Positions 48,684 through 59,500 of a DNA stretch of 64,000 bases are shown here, piece after piece. The stretch is taken from contig CAVTRY010000016.1 in NCBI GenBank assembly GCA_963737265.1, positions 96,001-160,000 on the forward strand, read 5' to 3'. Source of the stretch: an uncultured delta proteobacterium (lineage in GTDB: Bacteria; Myxococcota_A; Polyangia; Fen-1088). The notes beneath the pieces were generated by a model. The model searched no databases. It had not been told where the DNA came from and was given only the letters and a program-made list of their open reading frames with translations. How positions within the stretch are numbered: the first letter of the stretch is position 1; each line of letters starts with the position of its first letter. A program made the translations under genes and the position numbers.

Positions 48684-50189
48684 TCAGCCTCCGGCTTCGT
48701 CCATGTGGTAGCCCGCTTCGCCGTGGTCGAGGATGTCGAGGCCCTGCTCCTCGTTGTCGATGTCGGGACGCAAGCCGAGGACCGCCTTGAGCCCGTACGC
48801 CAGCACGGCGGTGCCAGCCAGCGCCATGGCAATGGTCACGCCCATGGCCTTCAGTTGCTCGATCCACAGCGTCTTGCCGACAATCTGAGCCAGGTTGGTA
48901 TTGAGGTTGCTGTTCACCTCGGGCGTCGCCAGGAAACCAGTCAGCAGCGCGCCCAATGTTCCGCCCACGCCATGAACCCCGAAGGTGTCGAGCGCGTCGT
49001 CATACTTGAAGATGTGCTTCAGCTTCGTGCAGGCGAAGTAGGGAACAATCGCGGCAAGCACGCCGATGATAACAGCGCCGGTGGGCGACACGAAGCCAGC
49101 GGCAGGAGTTATCACGACCAGGCCCGCCACCACGCCGGAACAGAAACCGAGGACGGTCGGCTTGCCACGCGTCAGCCACTCGATGAGCGGCCACACCGAG
49201 CCAGCCACGGCGGCGGCCAGCGTGGTGGCCAAAAACGCGCCCGCGGCGATGCCGTCTGCTGCTACCGCGCTGCCGGCATTGAAGCCGTACCAGCCGACCC
49301 ACAACATCCCGGTTCCCACCGCCGTGAGCACCATGCTGTGGGGCATGAAGGGCCGGTGGCCAAAGCCCTTGCGCGGACCGAGGATGATGGCCAGTAGCAG
49401 CGCCGACCAGCCCGAGGACATGTGCACCACCGTGCCCCCGGCGAAGTCGATGGCCTTGATGCCGGCTTTGGCGTTGCCGAGCCCGTTCATCATGCCGTCC
49501 ACACCCCACACCATGTGAGCGAGCGGGAAGTAGATCAGCAGCATCCAGCCCAAGATGAAGGCCATGACCGCCGAATATTTCATGCGCTCGGCGATGGCCC
49601 CCACGATCAGCGCCGGCGTGATGATGGCGAACATCATCTGATACATGGCGAAGACCGTCTGGGAAACCCACGGGCCGTAGTCGGCGTTGGGCGTGGCGCC
49701 CACGCCGCGCAGAAAGGCGTATTTCATCGAGCCCAAAACCGACGCACCGCTGGCCGATCCACTGCTGGCGAACACGGCGCTGTAGCCGAACGCCCACCAA
49801 AGAATCGTTACCAGTCCGGCACAGCCGAAACACTGGGCCACGACCGAAAGAATGTTCTTCCGCCGCACGAGGCCGCCATAAAACAAGGCCAACCCCGGCA
49901 GTGTCATGAAGAGCACGAGCGCGGCCGAGGTCATCATCCAGGCGTTGTGTCCGGGCCCCGGCGAGATCAGTGCCTTGGGCGCCGTGTTGGTGATGTAGGC
50001 TTCCAAGTCGGCAACCCGCGTGGCAAGGTCGGGTCCGGCAATCGCGGGCGCGGCGACGGGGACGACGACCGCGGCGGGCGCTGTCGCCGGCTGAGCGGGC
50101 TCCTGACCATAGGCCTGCCTGTGCGCGAAAAGCCCGAACAACAGGGCCGGAACGAGCAGCGAAACCAGCGCGATTTGCCTTGCTTGCAT
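48684..50189 (-). CDS. amtB: Ammonium transporter
   Basis: LVLFMTLPGLALFYGGLVR, DFAGGTVVH, LWVGWYGFNAGS, DDALDTFGVHG, GLD..HGE. Confidence 0.96.
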   Translation of the reverse strand: MQARQIALVSLLVPALLFGLFAHRQAYGQEPAQPATAPAAVVVPVAAPAIAGPDLATRVADLEAYITNTAPKALISPGPGHNAWMMTSAALVLFMTLPGLALFYGGLVRRKNILSVVAQCFGCAGLVTILWWAFGYSAVFASSGSASGASVLGSMKYAFLRGVGATPNADYGPWVSQTVFAMYQMMFAIITPALIVGAIAERMKYSAVMAFILGWMLLIYFPLAHMVWGVDGMMNGLGNAKAGIKAIDFAGGTVVHMSSGWSALLLAIILGPRKGFGHRPFMPHSMVLTAVGTGMLWVGWYGFNAGSAVAADGIAAGAFLATTLAAAVAGSVWPLIEWLTRGKPTVLGFCSGVVAGLVVITPAAGFVSPTGAVIIGVLAAIVPYFACTKLKHIFKYDDALDTFGVHGVGGTLGALLTGFLATPEVNSNLNTNLAQIVGKTLWIEQLKAMGVTIAMALAGTAVLAYGLKAVLGLRPDIDNEEQGLDILDHGEAGYHMDEAGG

Positions 50190-50375
50190 GACGTTTCTTC
50201 CTTCCGGCCGCAACGTAGATGCGCGCGCAGGATGTAGCAAGGTATTCTCGACTACTTGGTCTAGATTTAGCTGCGAAGAAACCGGAACAGTGCACAGAAG
50301 CAACTAGAAAGAAACGTATTAGAAACAGATGGTCCGAAAACGGCAGTTTTCGTTTGGGATGCTAGAACGAAGCTC

Positions 50376-51422
50376 ATGACAGTTCGCGAACAACTTGAAG
50401 CGGATGAAGACAAGATCCTTTCGCCCTATGCACAGAAGAGCAGTGCCAGCCTCGGTCGCAAGCGGCCCGAGCCGCTCGACGACGTGCGCCCCATCTTCCA
50501 GCACGACCGCGATCGCATCGTGCATTCCAAGGCTTTTCGCCGCCTGGCGGGCAAAACCCAGGTCTTTCTCGCGCCCGAGGGCGACCACTACCGAACCCGC
50601 CTGACCCACACCCTCGAGGTGTCGCAAATCGCCCGCACCATCGCGCGCTCGCTGCGGCTCAACGAATCGCTGACCGAGGCCGTGGTGATGGGCCACGACC
50701 TCGGCCACACGCCGTTCGGTCATGCCGGAGAGCGCGTGCTCGCCAAGCTCATTCCCGGCGGCTTCCACCACGGCCGGCAATCGATCCGCGTGGTCGACGT
50801 GCTGGAGCAAGACGGCCGAGGTCTCAATTTGACCGCCGAGGTGCGCGACGGAATCCTGCGCCATTCCAAGGGCAAGGGAAAGGTGCTGGCCAGCGAAGTC
50901 GATCACGAAGCCTCGACGCTTGAAGGCCAAATCGCGCGCGTGGCCGACATCGCAGCCTACGTCAATCACGACCTCGACGACGCCATCCGCGGCCACGTGA
51001 TCGAGCTTCCCGAAGTTCCCGAGCCCATCCTCAAGGTGCTGGGCAGGACGCACAGCGAACGCATCAGCCGCATGGTCATCGACGTCGTCACGGCCTCACG
51101 CCTCGATGAAAAACGCCACATCGAGATGAGCCCCGAAGTGCTGGGCGCGCTCATGGCCCTGCGCGACTTCCTGTACGAAAAGGTCTACGAGCGGCCCGAG
51201 ATCCACGCCGAGTTCGAGCGCGCGCAGCGCGTGGTGCGCGAGCTGTGGGAATACTTCAACGCCAACGGCGACGAATTCCGCGCCAAGCACTGGCCCAAAG
51301 GCTTGCCTGAAAGCGAAGAGCTGCCACGCGCCGTGGCCGACTTCATCACCGGCATGACCGACAGATACGCCATGCGCACCTACGAGGAATGCTACCTGCC
51401 GCGCCGCTGGATCGTGTTGTGA
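50376..51422 (+). CDS. dgt: dGTP triphosphohydrolase-like protein
   Basis: FQHDRDRIVHSKAFRRL..KTQVF, RTRLTHTLEV, GHDLGHTPFGHAGE, GMTDRYA. Confidence 0.95.
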   Translation: MTVREQLEADEDKILSPYAQKSSASLGRKRPEPLDDVRPIFQHDRDRIVHSKAFRRLAGKTQVFLAPEGDHYRTRLTHTLEVSQIARTIARSLRLNESLTEAVVMGHDLGHTPFGHAGERVLAKLIPGGFHHGRQSIRVVDVLEQDGRGLNLTAEVRDGILRHSKGKGKVLASEVDHEASTLEGQIARVADIAAYVNHDLDDAIRGHVIELPEVPEPILKVLGRTHSERISRMVIDVVTASRLDEKRHIEMSPEVLGALMALRDFLYEKVYERPEIHAEFERAQRVVRELWEYFNANGDEFRAKHWPKGLPESEELPRAVADFITGMTDRYAMRTYEECYLPRRWIVL

Positions 51423-52328
51423 CTACTGTTGCAGGCCCAGATCCTTTCGAATTGCGACCACCATCTTGCAGTGATCGATGACATCCGCCTCGGATTTGAC
51501 CTCGGACGTGTAATTGAGACCATAGGGCCAGAAATGCTGCGTGTCGGCGGTGAGAACGTCGGTTGCGATGCCGGTGATCGCGCGCAATTGGGCAGTGGCG
51601 TTTCCGCCCGTGAACGGTCCAGACGTTCCACCGTCGGGAATCGCCACGAAGGAACGCCAATTGGACGCCGTACCAATGCCGACGGTGTGGGCAATCTCGT
51701 GCATGGCGGTGATGTATTCCATGTAGGCCGTTCCGCCGAACCGAATCGACCCATTGATGTTGCCGTCGGCGGTTGGCACCGACGCATTGTACGTGACATT
51801 CTCAGCTTTGGTGATGTTGGTGTAACAATTGTAATAGGAAATGGCCTTGTCCATGGCCGTCGTAATTAGGGCGTACGCGCTTTGTTCAGCGGCGGACGGG
51901 TTGGCGGTCTTGGCAAGCGTGTACGTGACGTGTCCAATGTAGGGACAGGACGAAGCGTCGCCGCTCGCATCGGGCGGCGGAAGGGAGGTCGCATCCCAGG
52001 TCGCATCGCTCCCACTGTCGGCGGCAGAATCCGGCTGCGCGTCGAGTTTTGCATCAACCTGTCCGTCCTTGGCGGCGTCGCGGCCAGCTTCCGGCTGCAT
52101 GTCCGTCGAACCGCCGGTTGCAATTCCACCGCCGGTTGCAATTCCACCGCCGGTGGCGATTCCACCGCCGGTTGCAATTCCACCGCCGGTGGCGATTCCG
52201 CCGCCGGTTCCGCTTCCACCGCCGGTGGCAGCAGCCGCGGCATCAGGCTGGGCCGCGATCTTTGAATTCTGACTTGAAGTGCACCCGCCCCAAACCACCG
52301 CCAGAACGAGCAAGCTTCGCTTGATCAT
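51423..52328 (-). CDS. Lipoprotein with low-complexity linker and HExxH metallopeptidase-like domain
   Basis: Lipobox WGGC, (GGGIAT)n linker, AMHEIAHTVGIG, HFWPYGLNY. Confidence 0.75.
   Translation of the reverse strand: MIKRSLLVLAVVWGGCTSSQNSKIAAQPDAAAAATGGGSGTGGGIATGGGIATGGGIATGGGIATGGGIATGGSTDMQPEAGRDAAKDGQVDAKLDAQPDSAADSGSDATWDATSLPPPDASGDASSCPYIGHVTYTLAKTANPSAAEQSAYALITTAMDKAISYYNCYTNITKAENVTYNASVPTADGNINGSIRFGGTAYMEYITAMHEIAHTVGIGTASNWRSFVAIPDGGTSGPFTGGNATAQLRAITGIATDVLTADTQHFWPYGLNYTSEVKSEADVIDHCKMVVAIRKDLGLQQ
52111..52200. repeat. Coding 18-bp tandem repeat x5
   Basis: CCGCCGGT(T/G)GC(A/G)ATTCCA units. Confidence 0.9.
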
Positions 52329-52412
52329 GGGCCCCTTCCGCTGGCCGAATTGAATGCGCTCGAATGTACGCGTCGCGCGCAGCAAATGCACGCGTGGATT
52401 GCGAAGGCAAAT

Positions 52413-52961
52413 CTAGGCGAAACTGCGCACGAAAAGAGCCTCAATGGCGGCCTGCCCGTTCGCCTCGAGGAACCGGGTGCCGGTGCCGCAAAAGAGGGGC
52501 TGCCGGATGCGCGGCTCGCCAGCATCTTGCCAGGCATCGCCGTTCCAGCGCAACCAAGCCGAGCGCACTTGATCGAACACGTACACCGGCTTGTTGAAAA
52601 GGCGAGCGTACTCGGCCGCGATTCCAGTGCCGCCGGTCACGGTATCGTCCGGGTTGATCTTTCCCACGACGAAGATCTCCTGCCCGTTCTGCACCTGGTG
52701 CCAGATGGTTTGCAGAACCTTGCGGAAAAGTGGCGTGTCGGGATATTTGCGGTGCATCAGCTTGGCGAGGTAGCCGAGGCTGACGTCACCGTGGCGCAGC
52801 TCCGCCTGGGTCAGGTCGCGCCGGCCGCGCTGGCGGGCAATGGCGTGCCCCTCGAATGTGAAATTCACCTCGTCGATGCCGTAGCGCTCCGCCGCCGCAC
52901 CAAACGCTGCCTCGGCGCCGTTGGCGGCCCCGCTGAAGCAAATGCAATCTTCACGTTTCAT
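52413..52961 (-). CDS. Conserved hypothetical protein, possible SLOG/Rossmann-like fold
   Basis: FSGAANGAEAAF, GGTG..AEYA..NKPVYVFDQ, GTGTR. Confidence 0.65.
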   Translation of the reverse strand: MKREDCICFSGAANGAEAAFGAAAERYGIDEVNFTFEGHAIARQRGRRDLTQAELRHGDVSLGYLAKLMHRKYPDTPLFRKVLQTIWHQVQNGQEIFVVGKINPDDTVTGGTGIAAEYARLFNKPVYVFDQVRSAWLRWNGDAWQDAGEPRIRQPLFCGTGTRFLEANGQAAIEALFVRSFA

Positions 52962-53044
52962 GGTCGATCCTCGCTGAATGTGTCAGGTCGCGACGAATGT
53001 TGCGCAAGCGCGGGAGGATGTCCGACCGGAGCGCCCTCGTCAAC

Positions 53045-54010
53045 CTACCCTTTCACGAGCATGCGCACGGCGCTGACCAGATCCGAGCTGCCGACCTGCA
53101 CGGAAATCGAGGGATCGAGCTTGCGCAGGAACCAGCGGACCGTCCACTGCGAGCTGGTGCCCGGCGCGAGGCTAGCGTAGGCGCCCTGGTTCTCGACCTC
53201 GATGTAGGTGCGGGCCGCGTCAGTGTAAAGCTCGATTTCCGCCTCGCCGGGTGCGGCTTGCGCGGGTGGCGTATCGCTGAATGCCTTGACCAACAGTAAG
53301 TCGCTGTCGACGTGCGCGATCCAGCCTTCGTTGCCATCGGCAAAAACTTTCTGCTCGTTGGTGATGGTCGCTGCGTCGTAAGCGAACCAGGCCACACCCC
53401 CCGACATCTGCAAGGTGAGCAGGTCCTGCGGGCCCTTGGTCGGGGCGCCGTCGCCCATCGGGAAAAAAGTCAAGCCGCCGGCCGCGACCCGCGTGATTTC
53501 CCACGGCGCAACCGAGCGGGCCTGGGTTCCACGATTGACGAGCGCATAGTCGATGGTCACCACCCCAGCGGCGCTGTCGATGGAAAACGTCTTGGTCACG
53601 GAAAGCCCCAGCGCGCCGAACGTGGCGCTCGCCAGCGACAGCGTGTTACCCGCCAGCGAAGCCGTGTACGGACCGGAGTCGATTTCCGCCGGAGGTGGCC
53701 AATTCCAAGCACTCTGCGGGCTCGGCCAAAAGGTCGAGCCCCAATTGATGTCCTGGCTATTTTTTGCCGCCGTGAGGATGTTGCGTCCACCGAGCGAGAA
53801 CGTGACGATGCGTCCGCCGATCGCCGCGTCGATCGCGAACGCGGTGTCACCAAAGGCGTAGGTGTAAACGCTGCCTGCTACCGTCGGCGCTGATGGATCC
53901 TTCGTCATCGTGTCTCCTGGTGTGTTCGTGGCCACGTCGCCGCTGCATCCCGGCAGCACGCCGAGGCCACCCGCCAGCAGCGCCGCGACCCGTGCGACTG
54001 ACTGGCCGAC
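53045..54010 (-). CDS. DUF4380-like lipoprotein (beta-supersandwich); start uncertain
   Basis: LPGC lipobox, GGRIVTFSL, GSTFWPSPQS.W.WPPP, YIEVENQG. Confidence 0.7.
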   Translation of the reverse strand, partial: VGQSVARVAALLAGGLGVLPGCSGDVATNTPGDTMTKDPSAPTVAGSVYTYAFGDTAFAIDAAIGGRIVTFSLGGRNILTAAKNSQDINWGSTFWPSPQSAWNWPPPAEIDSGPYTASLAGNTLSLASATFGALGLSVTKTFSIDSAAGVVTIDYALVNRGTQARSVAPWEITRVAAGGLTFFPMGDGAPTKGPQDLLTLQMSGGVAWFAYDAATITNEQKVFADGNEGWIAHVDSDLLLVKAFSDTPPAQAAPGEAEIELYTDAARTYIEVENQGAYASLAPGTSSQWTVRWFLRKLDPSISVQVGSSDLVSAVRMLVKG

Positions 54011-54437
54011 GGTCTGGCCGAGAAGAGATCGTTCGGGCGATCGCTGCAGCGATCTTTGGGCTCGGGATGGATGGGTTGAACGGACGCGGGGCATGCGGGT
54101 CTATGGCCGGACATCTTGTCACAGCTCACGCCCCCTGACACCTGCTCCGTTCGCTGCGTAATCGCGCGACAAGCGCAGCGACGTCGCGGAGGCGGCAGAA
54201 GAAGGGCGCCTTTCCAGGATGGACGCGCCACCCAGTTGGAGTGATGAATGGTGGTCGTAGACGTCGTCGTCGTCGTGGTCGTCGAGGACGCGAGCGTAGC
54301 GAGCGGGGGTGGTGGTGGGAGGGCAGGTCCCGAAGCTCCCGAAGGGAGGGCCGACGAAGGTCACTCCGGCCACGGCCAAGACCACGACTGCGGCCACGAC
54401 GTTCTGCACCTATCGCGGGATTACGTCCGCCTTCGTT

Positions 54438-55691
54438 CTATTGCGCCTGTCCCGCCAGACGAACCAGTGTGTTGGCCAGAGCAGCCGCCACGTATTCCAT
54501 GCGATGGACGGCGAATTCTTCCACGTGGCCGCCTTTGCGCCCCTGAGCGTAGAGCAGAAGCACCGTCTGTCCGGAGGCTATGACGGGAGCCACCAACACC
54601 TCACGTGGAGGCTCGCTGCCAAGAGCGAGCCACAGCGACCTATGCACGTTCTGGCCATCGGGAGGCGGCGGTCCATGAAAAATCGCGCCCTGCGTGTTGG
54701 CCGCGCGAAAACACGAAGGCAGAGACAGTGAAAAGACGATGCTCTCGACCCCCGGGCATTCCGCGCCGTGGTTGTAGCCGAAGCGTCCCTCGGCGAAGAC
54801 GCCGTTGACGGCGAACATGGCGCCCGCGCCAAAACAGGATCGCATGAAGGCGAACAAGCTGTCGGCAGCGCTCTGGCGATCCGGGGCGGAGGCGATATGC
54901 TCGACTGCGGCGTCCGGGCCGGTAACCGCGACCATGGGTGGAACAGGCGTTTGTGCGAGCGCCTCCTCGGCGTAATTCGATGGCGCGTAAGGATCGCGCC
55001 CCGGCGCCGCGGGCGTGAACATCGGCATGTCGTTCATCGCCGAAAGGTAGGACTGCGTCTGCTTCACGGAACGCGCCGCCACCGGTCTGGCCGCCCCGAT
55101 CGGACGACGAGGGAACGCGGACGGATGCGGCGTATACGCCTCGTCGTTGACCGCGCTAGGAACGATGTCTGGGCGGTTGTCATAAGCGACGGGCGTTCGG
55201 TCCGACCAATTGGCAGACGTGCCGGGCACGCCAACGATGGGGTTAAAACCAGTGGTCCGGCGGCGGGGCATGGCGTAGAGAAGCTCCAGCTGCCGGGCCA
55301 GCACCATCTCGGGCACGACCATGGGTTCGATGCTTGAGCCGAGGACGAAGGCGAGCTCCTCGACGATCTTGAGGTTGCCGGGATTGACCATAGCCACGGC
55401 CACGCGCCTGGTTTGGGTCGCAAAGAGTGGAATAGACTGGAAATTCGCCGCCTGGTGCGCCCGCAAGCGCTTGCGCAAGATCGGGTCGGCGCGGGCAAAG
55501 TCGCGCTCCAGAGCGGGAGGAACCCCGTGCTGCACACCCAGCGCCTGGGCAAGCTCATCGGTCGTAATCGCGCCGCTGTTCACAAGATCGGCGGCCAGCT
55601 GATCGTCGGAAAGATTCGCCGGGCCGACCAACGAACGGAGCTGATTCAAGGTAACGAGACCGCGCTCACACAGAATCTCCACCAGCCTCAT
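54438..55691 (-). CDS. GspE/PilB N-terminal (MshEN-like) domain protein without ATPase
   Basis: MRLVEIL..GLVT..QL, L..SGAIT..EL..ALG.QHG, VAMVNP; Pro-rich linker; GAF-like end. Confidence 0.72.
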   Translation of the reverse strand: MRLVEILCERGLVTLNQLRSLVGPANLSDDQLAADLVNSGAITTDELAQALGVQHGVPPALERDFARADPILRKRLRAHQAANFQSIPLFATQTRRVAVAMVNPGNLKIVEELAFVLGSSIEPMVVPEMVLARQLELLYAMPRRRTTGFNPIVGVPGTSANWSDRTPVAYDNRPDIVPSAVNDEAYTPHPSAFPRRPIGAARPVAARSVKQTQSYLSAMNDMPMFTPAAPGRDPYAPSNYAEEALAQTPVPPMVAVTGPDAAVEHIASAPDRQSAADSLFAFMRSCFGAGAMFAVNGVFAEGRFGYNHGAECPGVESIVFSLSLPSCFRAANTQGAIFHGPPPPDGQNVHRSLWLALGSEPPREVLVAPVIASGQTVLLLYAQGRKGGHVEEFAVHRMEYVAAALANTLVRLAGQAQ

Positions 55692-55873
55692 CGCGGCCCC
55701 CAAAAACGACTAGCGCTACGCTGTTTCATGGCTCTCCTTGGGGTCAGCAAAGATCCCCAAGGTTCAAATTCTCGGCAGGCCGACCGGATTCCTGGAGCCG
55801 CGAAACTCCGGCGCGCGCAGGTCGCTAATTACACACGTCAAATTCGGAAATCGCAAATACGAAGGGCCGGGTG

Positions 55874-56434
55874 TCAGCCCACGATCCAACGCACGACAAA
55901 GACGGCCGTGGCCGCGCCGCCTGCCAACATGGAAGCAAGCCAGAGCCTGCGACTTTCGATGAGCGCACCGATCGCCGAAAGGCCGATTGACACCTGCAGC
56001 AAGGTCACCGTGCTGGCGAACCATTCATGCCGGGCCAACTCCTCCTTGGATTCTTTCTCGAGACGGCCGGCCTCCGTGCGAATCTCTTCCTGTTCGTGCA
56101 GGTACTTTTCCACGTCGCCGCGTAGGGCGCCGATGCGCGCCGGGTCGGCATGCAACTCGCCTAGAATCTCCAGCTCCGCCGTGCGCGTCGCCGCCTTGTT
56201 CCCCTTGGCTTGGTAGTAGGCCCACTGATCCGTCGCCAGGGACTGCTTGAGCAACGCCTCGTTCGCGCAGCGACCCGACTTCAGCGACGCCACCGCCGCG
56301 ATCACCGCCAGGCACGCCGACGACACCGCCAGGCCACGCAACCACGGCACGCGATGCTTTTCCTCTTGCGCCTTCTCGTGCGCCGCCTCGGCCGGCTTGT
56401 CGACACCGACTTCTCCGATTTCGGTCTCTTCCAT
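55874..56434 (-). CDS. DUF4337-like membrane protein
   Basis: LAVIAAVASL, ATDQWAYYQAK..K, LLQVSIGLSAI. Confidence 0.78.
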   Translation of the reverse strand: MEETEIGEVGVDKPAEAAHEKAQEEKHRVPWLRGLAVSSACLAVIAAVASLKSGRCANEALLKQSLATDQWAYYQAKGNKAATRTAELEILGELHADPARIGALRGDVEKYLHEQEEIRTEAGRLEKESKEELARHEWFASTVTLLQVSIGLSAIGALIESRRLWLASMLAGGAATAVFVVRWIVG

Positions 56435-56566
56435 GGCACTCCATCCAGTTGTTTCGAGGCGGCCATCCTACCGTGAAGCGGCGGGATGGACTGCTGGATT
56501 TGGCGCGTGCCTGCCCCGATGCGCGCCCCCGCAGGTCGAGGCGTGGCGAAGCGGCACGCAGCCAAA

Positions 56567-59500
56567 CTACTGCGCGGGCACGGTCATTGGATTGGGAAAA
56601 TTGCCGGTCAGGAAGAGGTCAGAGTACACGCCAAGCGATTCCTGGAAGTAGCGATCATTTTCAATCGTTGTCGAGATGGCCTCCTCGATGGCCTCGCGGC
56701 GGATGTCGCTGGTCGTTGCATTGCCATCGTTGAACAGGCTGACGTAGTTGCACATGGCCATATTGACCGTGTACGAATTGTGTCCCTGGCCTGGGTCGCA
56801 ATTGGCTACCGTGCCATCACCGTGAAGATTGTCGCAGATCGATGAGAAGCGATTGGCGTTGGCCTCCACCGGATTGTTCTTGTAGAAGTTGTTGAAGAAC
56901 TGCTGCGTATTGTCGATCTTGGCCTGCATGCGCGACTTGGGCCCAAAGTGCGGTGAAGAATTGGCCGCGTTTTCCGGCAACACCGCATTGCCGAACCAAG
57001 CCGCGTCGATGCCCACGCGCCAGAGCGAGCGCAGCCCTTCGTAGGTTCCCAAGTTGACGTCCGCGCAGGGCGTCTTTGCGTCCCCCGTGTCACCCACGAG
57101 CCCGGGGTTCAACCCGGGCTGGTCGTAGCACTCCTCCAGCATCTGATAGACGGTCTCGGCGACCTTGTACCAGAAGTCGTGGTGCGATTGTCCATTCGCC
57201 GCCGTCTGGCCGGCGGGCACGTTGGCGGCCAGGTAGTCGCCGAACACCCTGAAATACCCGGGCGGATAGTAGTCCATGTAGATCTTGTTGGGAAATCCGG
57301 GCGTGTAGGAACAGGGTTGCCCAGGGTAATTCTGACAATTCTTGCCGTCCGTATCGCCCGACGACGGATAGTTCCAGACCCCGTCGTACTTCGTATTGAT
57401 TTCGCACTCCATCTTGGTCAGCCAGTCAATGGCCGCCTGCTTGTAGTCGGCGGGCCACTGCAACGCCGCGTACACGAGGCCGATGCCGATATCCACGTCG
57501 CCATCAAAGGCACTGTCATCGTTGCCGCCGCAGCCTTCGTGGTCGGGATCGCAGGGCGTGTCGAGGGGCCGGCAATTCTGCGCGCTTTGCCACATCCAAC
57601 CCATCAGCCCGCCACAGTATTTCTTCGCGTTCTGCGACATATAGGCACGCGCGAACATCCACAGCCTACCGACCAGATCCTTATCGCCGATAGCTGCCGC
57701 GATGGCCATGCCGTAACCTTGGCCTTCGCTGACGGTTTCCGGCGGGTCGGTGTGAACGCGGGCATCACCCTTGTTGCAGGCGTCGTCGACAATGTAGTTC
57801 TGCTTCCAAATTCCGTAGCGCTCCCACACGAAGGCGTTGAAGAGATCCTGAACCGTGGACGTTTGTGGATAGATGTACGCGAGCGAGCCGCCGTAGGGAT
57901 AGGCGTACTGCGTCCGGTTGTACGGGAACCAGGCCCCGTTGTTAAAGCCGACCGTCACCGGCGTGGCCGGCGGCTTGGGCGCGCACATGCTGTCATTCCA
58001 ATTGCCGGTCGCCGACCAGTCGCCGTTGGTGCCGTCCGGATAGTAGTTGAAGAACATGAAGTTCGGCGGATCGACCGTTCGGGGAATGTCCGGCTTGCCG
58101 TAGTACCAGCGCAGCCAGTAGTCGGCGGCCGTGGTGGGGAGTGGTCTCGCCGTGACTGTATTCCACTCTGGGTTGTGGGTCTTGTCGACCGCGCGCCAGG
58201 TCGCCCCCGCGACGAAATAGGCGTCCGGAACCGGACAATTGAACCACGGACGATCCTGTTCGCGATAACAAATGACCTCAAGCGTATTGCCGGCGGTCAC
58301 TTCCATTTCGATCCACTGGGGCATGAGCTCCGGCTTGGGGAAGAAGGTGAAGGTCTTCTGCCCGGCCCAGATATAGCGAAAATGGAGCGAGTGATAGTTG
58401 GGCGGCTGGGGCGGATTGCATGGATCCACGGTCACGGTGCTGCCGCCGCAACCCGGTCCGGGGTCAGCCGTGTAGACGAAGTAGGTGTTCGATTGCAGCG
58501 ACCAGTCCTGACACATGGGGATCGAGGCCGAGGTGTTGTCGGGCGCTCCGGTGTAGGCAATCCAGTACTCTTTCGCTGTGCGCGGTGGCAGCGTGATGCC
58601 GGGCGTGTAGAGGCCGACCGACTCATCGGGGTAACGGAAAGTAATCTGCGGTTCGGTGCCGGTGGTCGGCCAAACGCTATTGGGAACCATCACGTAATAC
58701 CAGGGACATTGGCCATCCTGGAACTCCAGCACCGCGGCCATCGTGCAGCCGAAGCCCTTGACGGCAATGCTGCCCGGGTAGGGCGGCGGACTGAAGCCGA
58801 GCTTGGCGTCCCCGCAACCCGATCCGGGATAGCCGGTCTTGACCGGATCGCTCCACGGCCAGCGGAAGTGGATCTTGGTGTAGCCGGTCGGTATCGTTTC
58901 GTCCGGGGGCGTCCCGATCTTGCACGCTAGCGCCGCGAGCGTGCTGCTGTCGGAGGTGACGTGGAACTTGCCGCTGCCGATCGGCACGTTGGGATAGGCA
59001 CTGTAATCGCCGGTCAGCGAGCTACTCGGCCCGGTGTACTCGATCCAGAACTCCTTGCTCTGGTTCACCGACGTGATGTCGAAGGCACCCGAGGCATTGC
59101 TCGCCGCACACGCATCGGCGCCGATGGGCTCGATCTGAATCTTCGTGACCTTGCTCGGGATGCAAACCGAATAGTAGGTGCACGGCGGGTTGCCGTTGAT
59201 ATCGGTCGAGCCGTCGAGGCGAGCGGCGTAAGTGCTATAGCTGCCGCTCGGGTCGATGATCACGACGCCGAGCGGCGGCGAGGCCATCGTGTTCATGGTC
59301 GGAGTCACGCCCGCGGACCACAGGTCGCGCACATGGACGCGCACCTGGCCGGGCGGACAGGTCAGCGTTTCGACGGGCGGTGTGGTGTCCGGTGAACCGG
59401 TGCCGCCGTCCGGCTTCAGGTTGACCGGGGGAAAGAGGCTGGGCAACCCCGCGTCGGAAAGGCCTACCGGAGGCGGGGCCGCGACCGTCGTCTCGTCGGT

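Noticed and set aside
52111-52220. 18-bp tandem repeat as a regulatory or mobile array
   Set aside because: It encodes an ordinary Gly/Thr linker in a lipoprotein.
54119-54409. 96-aa minus-strand ORF with an Asp/His run
   Set aside because: No recognisable motif or clear RBS; insufficient support.
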